Shown piece by piece: positions 9,401 through 20,700 of a stretch of DNA of 64,000 nucleotides. The position numbers and the translations under genes were made by a program. Under the pieces are notes generated by a model that was given only the letters and a program-made list of their open reading frames with translations, did no database searches and was not told the origin of the DNA. This DNA comes from an uncultured bacterium. Its GTDB lineage: Bacteria; Macinerneyibacteriota; Macinerneyibacteria; Macinerneyibacteriales; DSCS01. Numbering within the stretch: position 1 is the first letter of the stretch; every line of letters begins with the position of its first letter. The stretch spans positions 131 to 64,130 of the forward strand of contig CAZJQC010000008.1 of NCBI GenBank assembly GCA_964548195.1. The letters run 5' to 3'.

Positions 9401-9428
9401 ATTATAGGGAGGTTTTCAGGAATTTCAA
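9401..9428 (-). promoter_or_regulatory. Putative leuS promoter on the minus strand: TTGAAA, 16-nt spacer, TATAAT, followed by a GGGAGGG RBS 7 nt before the ATG
   Basis: Reading the minus strand gives GTTTGAAATTCCTGAAAACCTCCCTATAATACAC...GGGAGGGATTTATATG. Confidence 0.45.
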
Positions 9429-9537
9429 ACAGATTTTAACGATCAGGGGTTCCGGCCGCGCGGGGACTATGCCGTGGCGGGAGGGCCTGCGGCCTTTTTG
9501 AGTGTGTCAAAAGGGCCGCAAGCCAGGTCTTCGGAAG

Positions 9538-9933
9538 TCACTTTTCAATGAATATACGCACGCTGGTGCCCTCGCCGTCGTCGATATTGACAATATCCTC
9601 GTCGAAATCCGTGGCGCCTTCGCTTATGGAATCAAGTATGGCGTTCAGGTCTATGCCGTTCATGGAGCCGCTCAGTGTTGATTTTGGTATCATGCCTGCC
9701 ACCATCCTTGAAAGGCGCAGTGGTATTGCTATGCGCACGTTCTCCCCTTCCGCGGAGTCCACTATGATCTTAAGTTTCCCTTTGAGGTTGTTTTTGGCGC
9801 CTGTTTTCGGGTAATGCGTCATCTCGGGCCTCTCGGAGCGGTCCGCGCCCAATGCCTTGAGCAGTTTTTCAGCCTCTTTCGTGTTCAGTTTTCCTTCTTT
9901 AAGCATATCAAGTATTTTTAGTTTTTCATCCAT
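9538..9933 (-). CDS. Hypothetical protein of 131 aa with an N-terminal SHOCT-like motif (ILDMLKEGKLNTKEAEKLLKAL)
   Basis: Last gene of the DUF2089-DUF4097 operon. The N-terminal motif recurs at the C-termini of the two upstream proteins. Confidence 0.6.
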   Translation of the reverse strand: MDEKLKILDMLKEGKLNTKEAEKLLKALGADRSERPEMTHYPKTGAKNNLKGKLKIIVDSAEGENVRIAIPLRLSRMVAGMIPKSTLSGSMNGIDLNAILDSISEGATDFDEDIVNIDDGEGTSVRIFIEK

Positions 9934-9944
9934 TTGAGTCTCCT

Positions 9945-10370
9945 TTACAGTTTGAGCAGAAAGATCTGTCTTTCGGATATACGCACATCGATCTCGATGA
10001 CGTCGCTAAGCCTGATCGAGGGCAGTCTTTTGAGCATGCAGAATATATTAGTCAGGATCAGGAATCCCGGTTTAAATACCAGGTAGTTCAGTGAAAAGTG
10101 TTCCTGCTCCACCTTAAAAACGGAAAAGAGCGGCCCTGCCGGCACTCTGACCCCGCATTGGCGCAGGACATTGAACAGCAGCGAGAGCAGAAGCAGCGCC
10201 TTGACGGCGGTCTCCCACGCACCGGAAAAGCCAAGCGCGACGGTATACATGGCATACCACAGCGATGCCGAGCCCAGTATCATCACCGTGCGCACTGCGG
10301 GATTTTTCACGATCACTCCCGAGAAAGCATAATAGCTTGAGTAAAGCAACAGTATCAGAAGGACGGACAT
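9945..10370 (-). CDS. Small integral membrane protein of 141 aa with about three TM helices
   Basis: Hydrophobic segments are present. It is tightly packed between the DUF4097 gene and the SHOCT gene, with gaps of 1 and 11 nt. Confidence 0.55.
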   Translation of the reverse strand: MSVLLILLLYSSYYAFSGVIVKNPAVRTVMILGSASLWYAMYTVALGFSGAWETAVKALLLLSLLFNVLRQCGVRVPAGPLFSVFKVEQEHFSLNYLVFKPGFLILTNIFCMLKRLPSIRLSDVIEIDVRISERQIFLLKL

Positions 10371-10371
10371 A

Positions 10372-11265
10372 TTATTCTCCTTTCAAGGCACGCAGCAGGT
10401 CCTCAGCCTGGGAGGCGGTGATCTTTCCCTGGTCGAGCATATCTATTATCCTGCCGGCGCTGCTGTCAGTGGGCTTATTCACGTCAACGCGGACGCCCGC
10501 CCCTTTTTTCCATTTTTTAGCGAATGAAAAGAGCCCGTCGAGTCCGCTCAGGTCGAAGCCGTTTGTGAAGGCTCCGCCTGCGGAGACGATCTCATCCTCA
10601 TCGCGTTTTTCCCCTTTGAGGTCCGTGTCGCCGGAGACTGTCTTTACATGAAAGATGCCGTCGCCAGTGCGTTCAAGTATGTTGACCGAGACATCTCCGG
10701 CCACGCTTTTTATCTTCGCATCCTCCGCAAGGGAGAAAGCGGCGCTTATGGAGATGTCGCCTGACATGGTTTTGCAGCCCAGCGCGCTGATATTGCCAGA
10801 GTTGACGGAAAGGTCTCCGCTTATGACGCTTGCGTAAAGGGACCCGTTCAATTCCTGTATTGAGACATCTCCGCTGTATGTCTTGATCTTGATATTGCCG
10901 TTCATCGCGCCGCCGATGGTTATATCCCCGGAATAGCATGTCAGGTCTGCGGAGCCTTTCAGCGTATCGCAGTCGACGTCGCCGCTTTTGACGGAGACGG
11001 TGATATCGGTCTCGATATCGGGTATGCCCAGGACGACGAGTCCCGAGGAGTTGCCTATGATCTTGCTCATATTGAGGTCCGCGCTCTTTTCGGTTATTTT
11101 AAGCGTGTCATCTCCGAAAGAGACGTCGTATCTGTCTTCGAGGGCTCCTTTGCGCAGATCCGGAAAATCAAGTGTCAGCCCGGCGGCGCTTTTTGTGATC
11201 TTCAGGTCGTCTTTGAGAAGAGAAACGTCCACGACCGCTTTTTTACCTTTCAGCTTATATTCCAT
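10372..11265 (-). CDS. DUF4097-like (putative adhesin / LiaG-YvlB-like beta-solenoid) protein with a C-terminal SHOCT-like motif
   Basis: The protein has repetitive SGD[IV]S[IV] beta-strand repeats (SGDVSIQ, SGDLSVN, SGDISIS, AGDVSVN, SGDTDL). The C-terminus reads IIDMLDQGKITASQAEDLLRALKGE. Confidence 0.7.
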   Translation of the reverse strand: MEYKLKGKKAVVDVSLLKDDLKITKSAAGLTLDFPDLRKGALEDRYDVSFGDDTLKITEKSADLNMSKIIGNSSGLVVLGIPDIETDITVSVKSGDVDCDTLKGSADLTCYSGDITIGGAMNGNIKIKTYSGDVSIQELNGSLYASVISGDLSVNSGNISALGCKTMSGDISISAAFSLAEDAKIKSVAGDVSVNILERTGDGIFHVKTVSGDTDLKGEKRDEDEIVSAGGAFTNGFDLSGLDGLFSFAKKWKKGAGVRVDVNKPTDSSAGRIIDMLDQGKITASQAEDLLRALKGE

Positions 11266-11266
11266 G

Positions 11267-11626
11267 TCAACCCCTTTCTCCCAGGCGCTTCATCGCTTCC
11301 TTAAAATCGATCTCGCCTTTATCCAGAAGTTCAAGCACTTCGAGCTTTTCGCCGCCTGTCTGAGTCTCTTCGGAAAAACCCAGCGCTTTTTTTGATTTCT
11401 TCAGCAGGTTTTTGACTTTGGGATAGGAACAGTTCAGGAGTTTTTCCACCTGTTTGATATTCCCTTCGGTATAGACGAACACCTTGATGAAATCGGATAT
11501 CTCCCTGTCCATCCCGGAAAAATCGCCCGGTTCGAACTCTCCCGATATCTTGACCCCGCAATCCCTGCATACAATCTCCGTGATCTTTATCTCTCCCTCG
11601 CAAACGGGACATCTTTTCAAAATCAT
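11267..11626 (-). CDS. DUF2089-like protein with an N-terminal zinc ribbon plus HTH, likely a transcriptional regulator
   Basis: The N-terminal zinc ribbon is CPVCEGEIKITEIVCRDCGV, a CxxC...CxxC arrangement. The central segment is helix-turn-helix-like. The C-terminus has a SHOCT-like motif, LEVLELLDKGEIDFKEAMKRL. The RBS is AAAGGAGAA. Confidence 0.7.
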   Translation of the reverse strand: MILKRCPVCEGEIKITEIVCRDCGVKISGEFEPGDFSGMDREISDFIKVFVYTEGNIKQVEKLLNCSYPKVKNLLKKSKKALGFSEETQTGGEKLEVLELLDKGEIDFKEAMKRLGERG

Positions 11627-11641
11627 AAATTCTCCTTTCGA

Positions 11642-11713
11642 TTAATATTATATATACCGATATTAATATTGTCAAGGGTTTATGTTAATATTTTTAATAT
11701 TATATTTAATATA
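11642..11713 (-). promoter_or_regulatory. Perfect consensus promoter TTGACA-17-TATAAT (plus-strand coordinates 11647-11675) embedded in four exact TTAATATT repeats plus one degenerate copy
   Basis: Exact repeat copies start at 11642, 11663, 11685 and 11694. A degenerate copy starts at 11706. The first three are spaced 21-22 nt apart. On the minus strand the region reads TTGACAATATTAATATCGGTATATATAATATTAATC. The repeats overlap both the spacer and the region just after the -10. Confidence 0.5.
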
Positions 11714-11734
11714 TTTTATGAAGTTTATAGAAAA

Positions 11735-11760
11735 GGGCGGTTTTAACCGCCCTTTTTTTT
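11735..11760 (-). terminator. Intrinsic terminator hairpin GGGCGG-TTTTAA-CCGCCC flanked by A-run and T-run, bidirectional in form
   Basis: A 6-bp GC stem is followed by TTTTTTTT on the plus strand and by TTTTCT on the minus strand. It lies 19 nt downstream of the OMP gene stop. Confidence 0.6.
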
Positions 11761-11778
11761 GTTGTATGAGTATTTTTT

Positions 11779-12408
11779 TTAAAAGTTCAGTCTGACCGCG
11801 GCCTCAAGGGAGACCGCCTTTACGGGATCGCCCATGGCGTCGTCGTCCACTTTCATTATGTGGTATTTGGCGCCCGCGCGAAACGAGATCGGCATCATGG
11901 GCAGTCCGAGTTTGGCTCCGGCTCCTATGAACCCGCCCCATTTGGACTCTTTTTTGTCATAATAGGTGACGCCCTCGTATTTTGCCGTTACCGATGTCTT
12001 GTATATTCCGTATCCGGCGTGGAAGTAAAGTGGTATCACCGGCGGCTCGAACATGGCCTCGAGGCATATCGGTGTGGTGTTCATCTCGATGTCGACGCCT
12101 TCGGGTATCAAGCCCACAACGTCCTGCATCTCCGGTGAAAGGTCCGCGTACTGCACCGCGTCATTGTTATTAAGGGTTATCCGGTCTATGCTGATGCCGA
12201 TCTTCAGCATGGGAAGTATGCTTTTTCTCAGGGATCCCCCTATTAGTATGCCGTTTCCGAACATCCCTCTGGCGTCTTTGGGCGATACTGTCATATATCC
12301 TCCGCCGCGCAGTTCAGCCTGCATCCCCAGTTTCGGCACAAAAGGCACCGCAAGGGCCACAGCCGCGGCGGTCATCAGCAGCAATAGCATTATTGCCGTT
12401 CTTTTCAT
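11779..12408 (-). CDS. Outer-membrane beta-barrel protein (OmpW/OmpA-like small barrel) with signal peptide and C-terminal Phe
   Basis: The N-terminal signal is MKRTAIMLLLLMTAAAVALA. Amphipathic strands alternate along the protein. The C-terminus is ...VRLNF, which fits the OMP signature. Confidence 0.65.
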   Translation of the reverse strand: MKRTAIMLLLLMTAAAVALAVPFVPKLGMQAELRGGGYMTVSPKDARGMFGNGILIGGSLRKSILPMLKIGISIDRITLNNNDAVQYADLSPEMQDVVGLIPEGVDIEMNTTPICLEAMFEPPVIPLYFHAGYGIYKTSVTAKYEGVTYYDKKESKWGGFIGAGAKLGLPMMPISFRAGAKYHIMKVDDDAMGDPVKAVSLEAAVRLNF

Positions 12409-12422
12409 AACTACCTCCCTTT

Positions 12423-13855
<1,433 letters not shown>

Positions 13856-13863
<8 letters not shown>

Positions 13864-15511
13864 AAAGCCCCGCCTCCCTGTTGTCTTCCACCAGGCATCT
13901 GTCGGTGATCTTCAGCCGCGGTATGACAGACAGCGACATGAACGAAAAAAGCGTCAGCGGGTTATCGATCGCCACTCCCGAATCTTTCATAAGGCGTTCC
14001 ATGTTTACCGTGGTGTCCGCGACATCTGAAAGGGGAAGTCCGCTGATGATGCCGTATATGTTGAGCGGTATCAGCTCTTCGCGCTGGCCGTCGGAAAAAT
14101 AGATGCCTCCGCCGGCCTCCCGCAGGCGGTTTACGGCCCCGGCCATGAGAGCGTCATCCGCGCCCATCACAAAAACATTATGCGCGTCATGGTTGAACGT
14201 CGTGGCGAGCGCCCCTTTTTTCAGTCCGGAGCCCTTGATAAAACCTACGGAGTATCCGCTTTTGCCGGAATACCGCTCTATGACCGCGCATTTTACAATA
14301 TCTCTGCCGATGTCTGAAAAGAGACGGCCGCCGCGCCCTTTCAGCCTTTCCGTGAGTGAGTCCGTCAGTATGGAGCCCGGCCTTATACCTATGACGCGCA
14401 CATCGCGGCCCTTGTCCTCCACGGCAAAATCTTCCGGCGTGAACGGCCGCAGGCTGAAACGTCCCGACCGCTCCGGGTTGACGGCCCGCGTGCGCGCTGC
14501 GGCGGGCGCATCCCTGTCGTATGCGACGGCTCCGTCCTTTATGGTCATCCTGAGGTCAAAACCTGCGAGGTCGTCAAATATAAGCAGATCCGCCTTTTTT
14601 CCGGGCGAGACGGACCCTCTGTCATACATCCTGAAATACGCGGCGGGATTGACAGTAAGCCCTTTGACTATGGTGAGCGGGTCGGAAAAAGCGGACATCT
14701 TTCTCAGTCTATGGAGGAGAAAACGGGACGCGTACAGATCGCCAGGCGAGTTGTCATCGCTGACGATCATGAACCGGGAGTCGTTTCCCGGATGTATCAG
14801 CCTGAGCAGCGCGGAGCTGTCCGTGGTGCTTCCGGACCTGATCATGAGATACATCCCTTTTCTTATCTTTTCCAAAGCCTCTTCGGGGTCCTCCGTCTCG
14901 TGGTCCGAATATATGCCGTGTCTTATATAATCATCAAGCGCGCGTCCTCTCAATCCGGGGCAATGTCCGTCTATCACTCCGCCCTCGAACAGATCCAGTT
15001 TTTTGCGAAGGGCGGGGTCTTCTGAGATCACGGACACATAATCCATGACCTCCCCGAGTCCGATGACCCTTGCGTTGCTCATAAGGCTTTTCATCTTATC
15101 CGGGCCGAAATCCGCGCCGGAGGTCTCAAATGAAGAGGCCGGCACGCAGCTGGGAAGCATGAAAAAATAATCCACTTTCTCGTCCTCAGACAAAGAGAGA
15201 AGGAACTCAATGCCCTCAGCCCCGCCTGCGTTCGCGATCTCATGCGGGTCGCATATCATCGCCGTGACGCCGTTAGCCAACGCGGGCGCGCTGATCTCAC
15301 CGGGAAGGACATGAAGGCTTTCAAGGTGTATATGCCCTTCTATGAAGGCGGGGGTCACGTACTTTCCGGCGCAGTCCATCTCCGAAGCGGCGCCGCAACC
15401 GGGGTCAAAGCCGGCGATCCTGCCATCCTTCAGGCAGATGTCCGATACGTATATCTCAGAGGTCAGCACATTCACAAGATTGGCATTGCGCAGTATCAGA
15501 TCAGCTTTCAC
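13856..15511 (-). CDS. ade: Adenine deaminase
   Basis: The length is 551 aa. An amidohydrolase metal-binding motif (AFIEGHIHLES) is present. Similarity to AdeC-type adenine deaminases runs through the whole protein. Confidence 0.85.
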
Positions 15512-16139
15512 TTTTATATCTCCTGATGAAATCCAGGGCGACTCTCACAAATCGTTCATATTTTGCCGGCACAGTCTTGATCCTGATCAGCCTCGAAAAA
15601 TACAACGCCGCCCCCTCGTTGTCCCCCGCTTCCATGCGTATATACCCTGAAAGATAAAGCGAGAGAAATATCTGCTCATCGTCAAGCGTCGTCTGGTATA
15701 CCCTTTCCGCGTTTTCAAAGATCTTTCTGGAACTCATGTTTATCCATTCCCTTTTTGAGGATTCCTTCGCGGTCCAGTAGGATTTGAGATAATAATCCAA
15801 AGCGTTCATCGGCGGATCGTCAAGCGCTTCGGATATCTGCCCCGCGCGGTAAAAGCGGTAGGGCAAAGACTGTATGCGCCGGCGGGGTATCGCCTTCAGC
15901 TTCGCCAGCTCGGCGTCCCCGTATTCGACATTATTGCCTTTAAATATAAATCTGTCGTCATATCCGGCGAAATGGCATCTCTGACAAAACCATATGTAAT
16001 ATTTCAGCAATTTGGCGTCTTTTTCAAAGACAGGCCTGAAATCTTCGTCATACCTTTCGATATTGTAATCGGCAAGCACATCGGCTTTGAAGGCATTCCC
16101 GCATACGGGGCAGACAGCTTCGACAGAAAATAATCTCAT
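15501..16139 (-). CDS. DUF2225-like protein with an N-terminal C4 zinc ribbon and a helical C-terminus
   Basis: The zinc ribbon is CPVCGNAF...CQRCHF. Confidence 0.5.
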   Translation of the reverse strand: MRLFSVEAVCPVCGNAFKADVLADYNIERYDEDFRPVFEKDAKLLKYYIWFCQRCHFAGYDDRFIFKGNNVEYGDAELAKLKAIPRRRIQSLPYRFYRAGQISEALDDPPMNALDYYLKSYWTAKESSKREWINMSSRKIFENAERVYQTTLDDEQIFLSLYLSGYIRMEAGDNEGAALYFSRLIRIKTVPAKYERFVRVALDFIRRYKSES

Positions 16140-16167
16140 ATGACGATTATATCAAAGGGAGTTTTTT

Positions 16168-17637
16168 TTACAAGTCAAGATTCGTATCGCTTTCGGGTCC
16201 GGCGGGCCGTTTTAACCATCCGCCCCTCAGGTAGAGTATAAACGCCCATAAGGCTGACAGCGTGTTGCTGATGACCATCGACCACCACAATGCATCGTAG
16301 GGAAACTCGCTAAGAGGCAAAGACGCCTTTTTCAGAAAAGCGCCTATGACGCCCTCTTTCATGCCGCATATATCCCAAAGCCTGCCGGAGAGGAGATAGA
16401 CCATGGGTATGCGGAACAGCCACAGCCGGGAGACATTGAAGAGAAACACCGAGCCTGTCTTCCCGGCTCCGTTGAAAAGTCCGATAAAGACAAATATTAT
16501 GCCGAATATGAAGGAGGCTATCGACGTGACCCTGAACATCCTCATGCCGGCGGCGACGACTTCGTCGTCCGCTATAAAGAAGCGGGTCAGCTGAGCCCCG
16601 TACACGAATACCAGAAAGGCCCCCACACCCATGATCGCCATCACCAGCGCCATCGCTCTGTGAAGGCTTTTTTTTGCGACATCCGGCTTGCCGGCTCCCA
16701 GGTTCTGTCCGACCACGGCGGTCAATGCGTTGCTTATTCCCATGGCCGGCATCATAAAGAAGCCTGTCATCCTGTTGCCTATGGAATATATGCTCATGAC
16801 CACAGTGCCGAATGAGTTCACAAAACCCTGAAGGAAGAGAAAACCGAAACTTGTCATGGCCTGTGAGAGGGACGCCGGTATGCTGATGCGCAATATTTCG
16901 CTCAAATAACCCCATGAGGGCTTAAGCTCGCCCTTTCGCGGCACATATGGCGCGGAATATCTCTTAAAGGCGGCAACCGATATCACGGCTGCCACAAAGC
17001 GTGAAAAAAATGTCGCGTAAGCCGCGCCGACGATCTCCATGCGGGGTACGAACGCGAATCCGAATATCAAAAGCGGGTCCAACACCACATTGATAAGCAC
17101 GGAGATGATCTGCACTTTCATCGGGTTGACGGTATCTCCCAGCCCGTGCGCTATGCTTTGATAAAAAATGACTATATACATGAAAGGCGAACCAAAGATG
17201 ATGATGCTGATGTAGCTTCGGGCCTGTTCAAATATTTCCGCGGGTGTATGCATCAGTCGAAGTATGTCATCGATGAAAAACAGGCCGAAAGAGATAAAAA
17301 ATATGGTGAACAACGCCAGCAATGCGAGCAGATTGGAGACGACCCTCCGGATCTCATCCTCTCGCCCCGCTCCCTTCATCCTTGCGACAAGGGCTGTGCC
17401 CGCAACGGCAAAGCCGAACCCGAAGGAGGAAAGAAAAAAGATAAGGGGGAAAGTCATGCCCACGACCGATACGGCGCCCCTCGCCGCCTCTCCCAAACGG
17501 CCAAGCCACAGCATATCCGTAAGGTTATAAACGGTCTGCATAAAATTTGACAACATGATGGGAAGCGACAGTATGATAAGGTTCCGGGTTATACCGCCCT
17601 TTGTCAGATCGATGCCGCTGCTGAGTGGCTTGTTCAT
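16168..17637 (-). CDS. MATE-family efflux transporter
   Basis: The protein has 12 TM segments. The N-terminus has a typical MATE box (ILSLPIMLSNFMQTVYNLTDMLWLGRLGEAA). Confidence 0.85.
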   Translation of the reverse strand: MNKPLSSGIDLTKGGITRNLIILSLPIMLSNFMQTVYNLTDMLWLGRLGEAARGAVSVVGMTFPLIFFLSSFGFGFAVAGTALVARMKGAGREDEIRRVVSNLLALLALFTIFFISFGLFFIDDILRLMHTPAEIFEQARSYISIIIFGSPFMYIVIFYQSIAHGLGDTVNPMKVQIISVLINVVLDPLLIFGFAFVPRMEIVGAAYATFFSRFVAAVISVAAFKRYSAPYVPRKGELKPSWGYLSEILRISIPASLSQAMTSFGFLFLQGFVNSFGTVVMSIYSIGNRMTGFFMMPAMGISNALTAVVGQNLGAGKPDVAKKSLHRAMALVMAIMGVGAFLVFVYGAQLTRFFIADDEVVAAGMRMFRVTSIASFIFGIIFVFIGLFNGAGKTGSVFLFNVSRLWLFRIPMVYLLSGRLWDICGMKEGVIGAFLKKASLPLSEFPYDALWWSMVISNTLSALWAFILYLRGGWLKRPAGPESDTNLDL

Positions 17638-17782
17638 ATGTGAGATTATATAGGCAGTATTCGCGATGTCAATCTTATTGTTTAGGCATACGAAGTATTT
17701 TTAAAAAAAGGGCGCCTCAGTGTTTTTAATAATGTTTCTTGTCCAACGTCCGCTTTGAGTATAGAATAGAATCTGGGGGAAT

Positions 17783-20700
17783 ATGGATAATATAAACAAA
17801 CGCTACGATATCATAAAGGAGCTCGGAAGCGGGGAATTCGGGACCGTGTATCAGGTGCGGGACAACATGGACGACGCTATTCCCGTGAAAGCGCTGAAAG
17901 TCTTCAATTCCGACAAATATCCGGACAAGATCGACTCTTTTTTCAATGAGTTCAACTACATAAGGTCCATTTATCTTTCCTGCGCGGTAAGGACATTTGA
18001 ATTCGGCAGCATACACTTTATTGACGACGCGCCGTTTGACGGCAACTACAAATATTATACGATGGAATTCGTAGACGGCATCACCCTTCAGGATTATCTT
18101 TTTCTTGACAGCCAGGAGCGCGATTCTCTGCTGGCAAAGATAACGTTTAATGTCAACTGGCTTCATTCAAACGGGTTCTGGCACGGGGACCTGCGTCCCG
18201 AAAACATCATCATCACATTGGGCAACGATATCATATTCATAGATTTCATGTCTTCGGGGGATATCGGCGAAGAAGACGGGGCGTTTGCGGAGTTCATGGA
18301 TGAAAAATACGGTTTCGATGTTAAAAAAAGCTGGGACGGACTGAGCGGCGGCGATGTGTTCACCATGCTTACCGACACCATGCGCAAAAGGAAGAAGTTC
18401 GGATTCGGACTTGTCAGGGAGCCGATTGCCGATGTGTTGAAACGCGCCGGCGGTTTAAACGACGGGAGCCGCTCTCTCTTTTTAAATCTCCCCAATTTCA
18501 ATGACGACTATTACACGCTTTTTTTAAACAGGTTCAGTTCGCTCGCCGCCAAAAACGGCTATGAGTTTGCGCAGATATTTCTCAATCAGGACCGCGCTTC
18601 GATTGTCAGGGAAGTGTATATGAAATTGCTTGAAATGCCCCGTTTTTCAGCCCGTGTAAGGGATGAGAAAACGGAGATATCCGGCATCATGGGGGAAAAC
18701 GGCGATTTTTTGACACCCATAGATCCCGAACTGGGAGAACGACTGCTTTCCGAACTGATCAACACCGCGCTTTCAGTCTCTCCGGTGGTCTTTGCTCTGA
18801 TGAATACCAGAAAGACGGACAGGCTTAGCAAACAACTGCTCGCCTCCACGATAAATTCCTTTTCCGAAAAAGGGGTCATCATCATCTCCAACGACAATGA
18901 TTTTCATCCCGTTGCCGATGAAAACAGGGACATTGATATCCTGAACGAGTTCACGGACCCCCTCTCATACAGCTATTACTCCATCTATAACGACAGGATA
19001 AGAAACCTGCTCATGAACTTCAAGTCCGGTTTTCCGAAAGGCGCGTTTGACGGCTTCTCCTCGCTCGACATATTAAAGATCTTCCGTTACATACAGAGCA
19101 TAACCGCCGACGAAGTCATGGATATCATAAAAAAGGGCCACATGTCATATGATCCGGGCGCCTACAATGAGGACATCTTCAACGCAGTGGTGAGGGATTA
19201 TCAGTATTTAAAGCTTTTCATCTATATGCGCTATATGGATCTGCCCGCCAGAAACAGCCTGCTTGCGGAGCTCATGGGCAGCTCATACCCGGATATAAAG
19301 AGGGAACTTCTTATCGACGGACTGCTCAACCCCGCGGCGAACAATATGGTCAATATCGCCGACGCCGCCCTGACCGGGAGGATCGTATCGGTCGCGGCCA
19401 AGCTGCCCGCCGACATGACGGACAAGATAAACAGGGATGTTATCCGTGTATACGAAAACATCGGGGATGATCTTTCCTTCAACGAGCGTTTTGCCCTTGC
19501 CAAAGCCTATTTCACAATAGGCGACACCGAAAAGATGCGCGCGTTTCTGCTTGAACATATCATAAAAAAGCCCTCGGCCCCCATGGACATGATAGAAAAC
19601 ACCACGGGGTGGTTTATACAAAAATGGCGCGATGAGCCCGATACGTCCGGTCGTTCAGACTATGACATGCATCTGATGTCGTTGCTTTACGCCATGGTCG
19701 TTTTGAGCGATGACACCGTCGCCCAGCTCAAGGAGCTCCTGAAAATAGAGAAAAGGTACAATGCGGACCATTATCTCAATTACAAGACCCTGAACCTCTT
19801 ATTCGGCATTTATTTCATGCGCGGGGACACCGAAAACATGAACGTCTATCTTCAGAAGATGAAAAAGATACAAAAACATCTGGACATATACGACAGTTTC
19901 GACATAGGCCGATGTGAGATCCAATACTACTATCTGCGCAGCGAGGCGGATAAGATGATGGAACTCTCCCGAAAGATCATGCGGAAAGCTTCCGCTTCCG
20001 CCGATCCCGGACTGTATAAAAAGCAGATGTCGCTTTTTCCCTTCCTTTCACATTATTATACGATAACGAGGCAGGACAAGAAGGAACTCGCGCTGTTGAA
20101 AGCCTACCTTAAAAGGGCCTTTGACGCCGGAGAGCCCAGGTTCATCTATAGCGCGCACACCCATTTCGGCTCCTTCTATTTTTCAAGGGGCGAGACCATA
20201 AAGAGCCGGGAGCATTTTGAACTCGCCGCGGCCGAAGCGGAAAAGCTGCACGACCCCTTTTACATGATGCAGTCGTACAACAATCTTTCCGTGAACGAGA
20301 AGGACACGGCAAAATCCGTTGAATATCTCTACAAAGCCCTCAAATATTCGGAGCAGGCGAAGGACGAAAAGAACCGCATACTGATCATCTCAAATATTAC
20401 GGAATCCGTACCGGCGGAAGAGGCGTACGCCCTGATATCCAAAAACTCCGACCTTACGAAGATCTCGGACTCAGAGGACGCATTTGTGCTGAACCATTCG
20501 CTGAAATTCCTGTTCAACTACATAACGGTGCTGGCGCGTCTCGGCAAAAAGGATGAGATGCTGTCGCTTGCGGACACCATAAGGTCATACAGAATAGCAA
20601 AGCGCTATTCCTCGGCTAAAAACCTGAGAAAACTCTGTCTCGCCAAAATAAACATACGCGCCGGCGGTGACATTAAAAAAGCCCGGTCAGCCATAACGGA

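Noticed and set aside
9372-9537. Possible T-box leader upstream of leuS, and likewise upstream of tyrS at 62449..62540
   Set aside because: The intergenic regions of about 166 nt and about 92 nt are too short. Neither contains the T-box consensus (AATTAGGGTGGNACCGCG) or a specifier-loop architecture.
17726-18166. 146-aa minus-strand ORF overlapping the start of the kinase-GGDEF gene
   Set aside because: It is antisense to a well-supported kinase-like coding region. It has no RBS or motif. It is likely a chance open frame.
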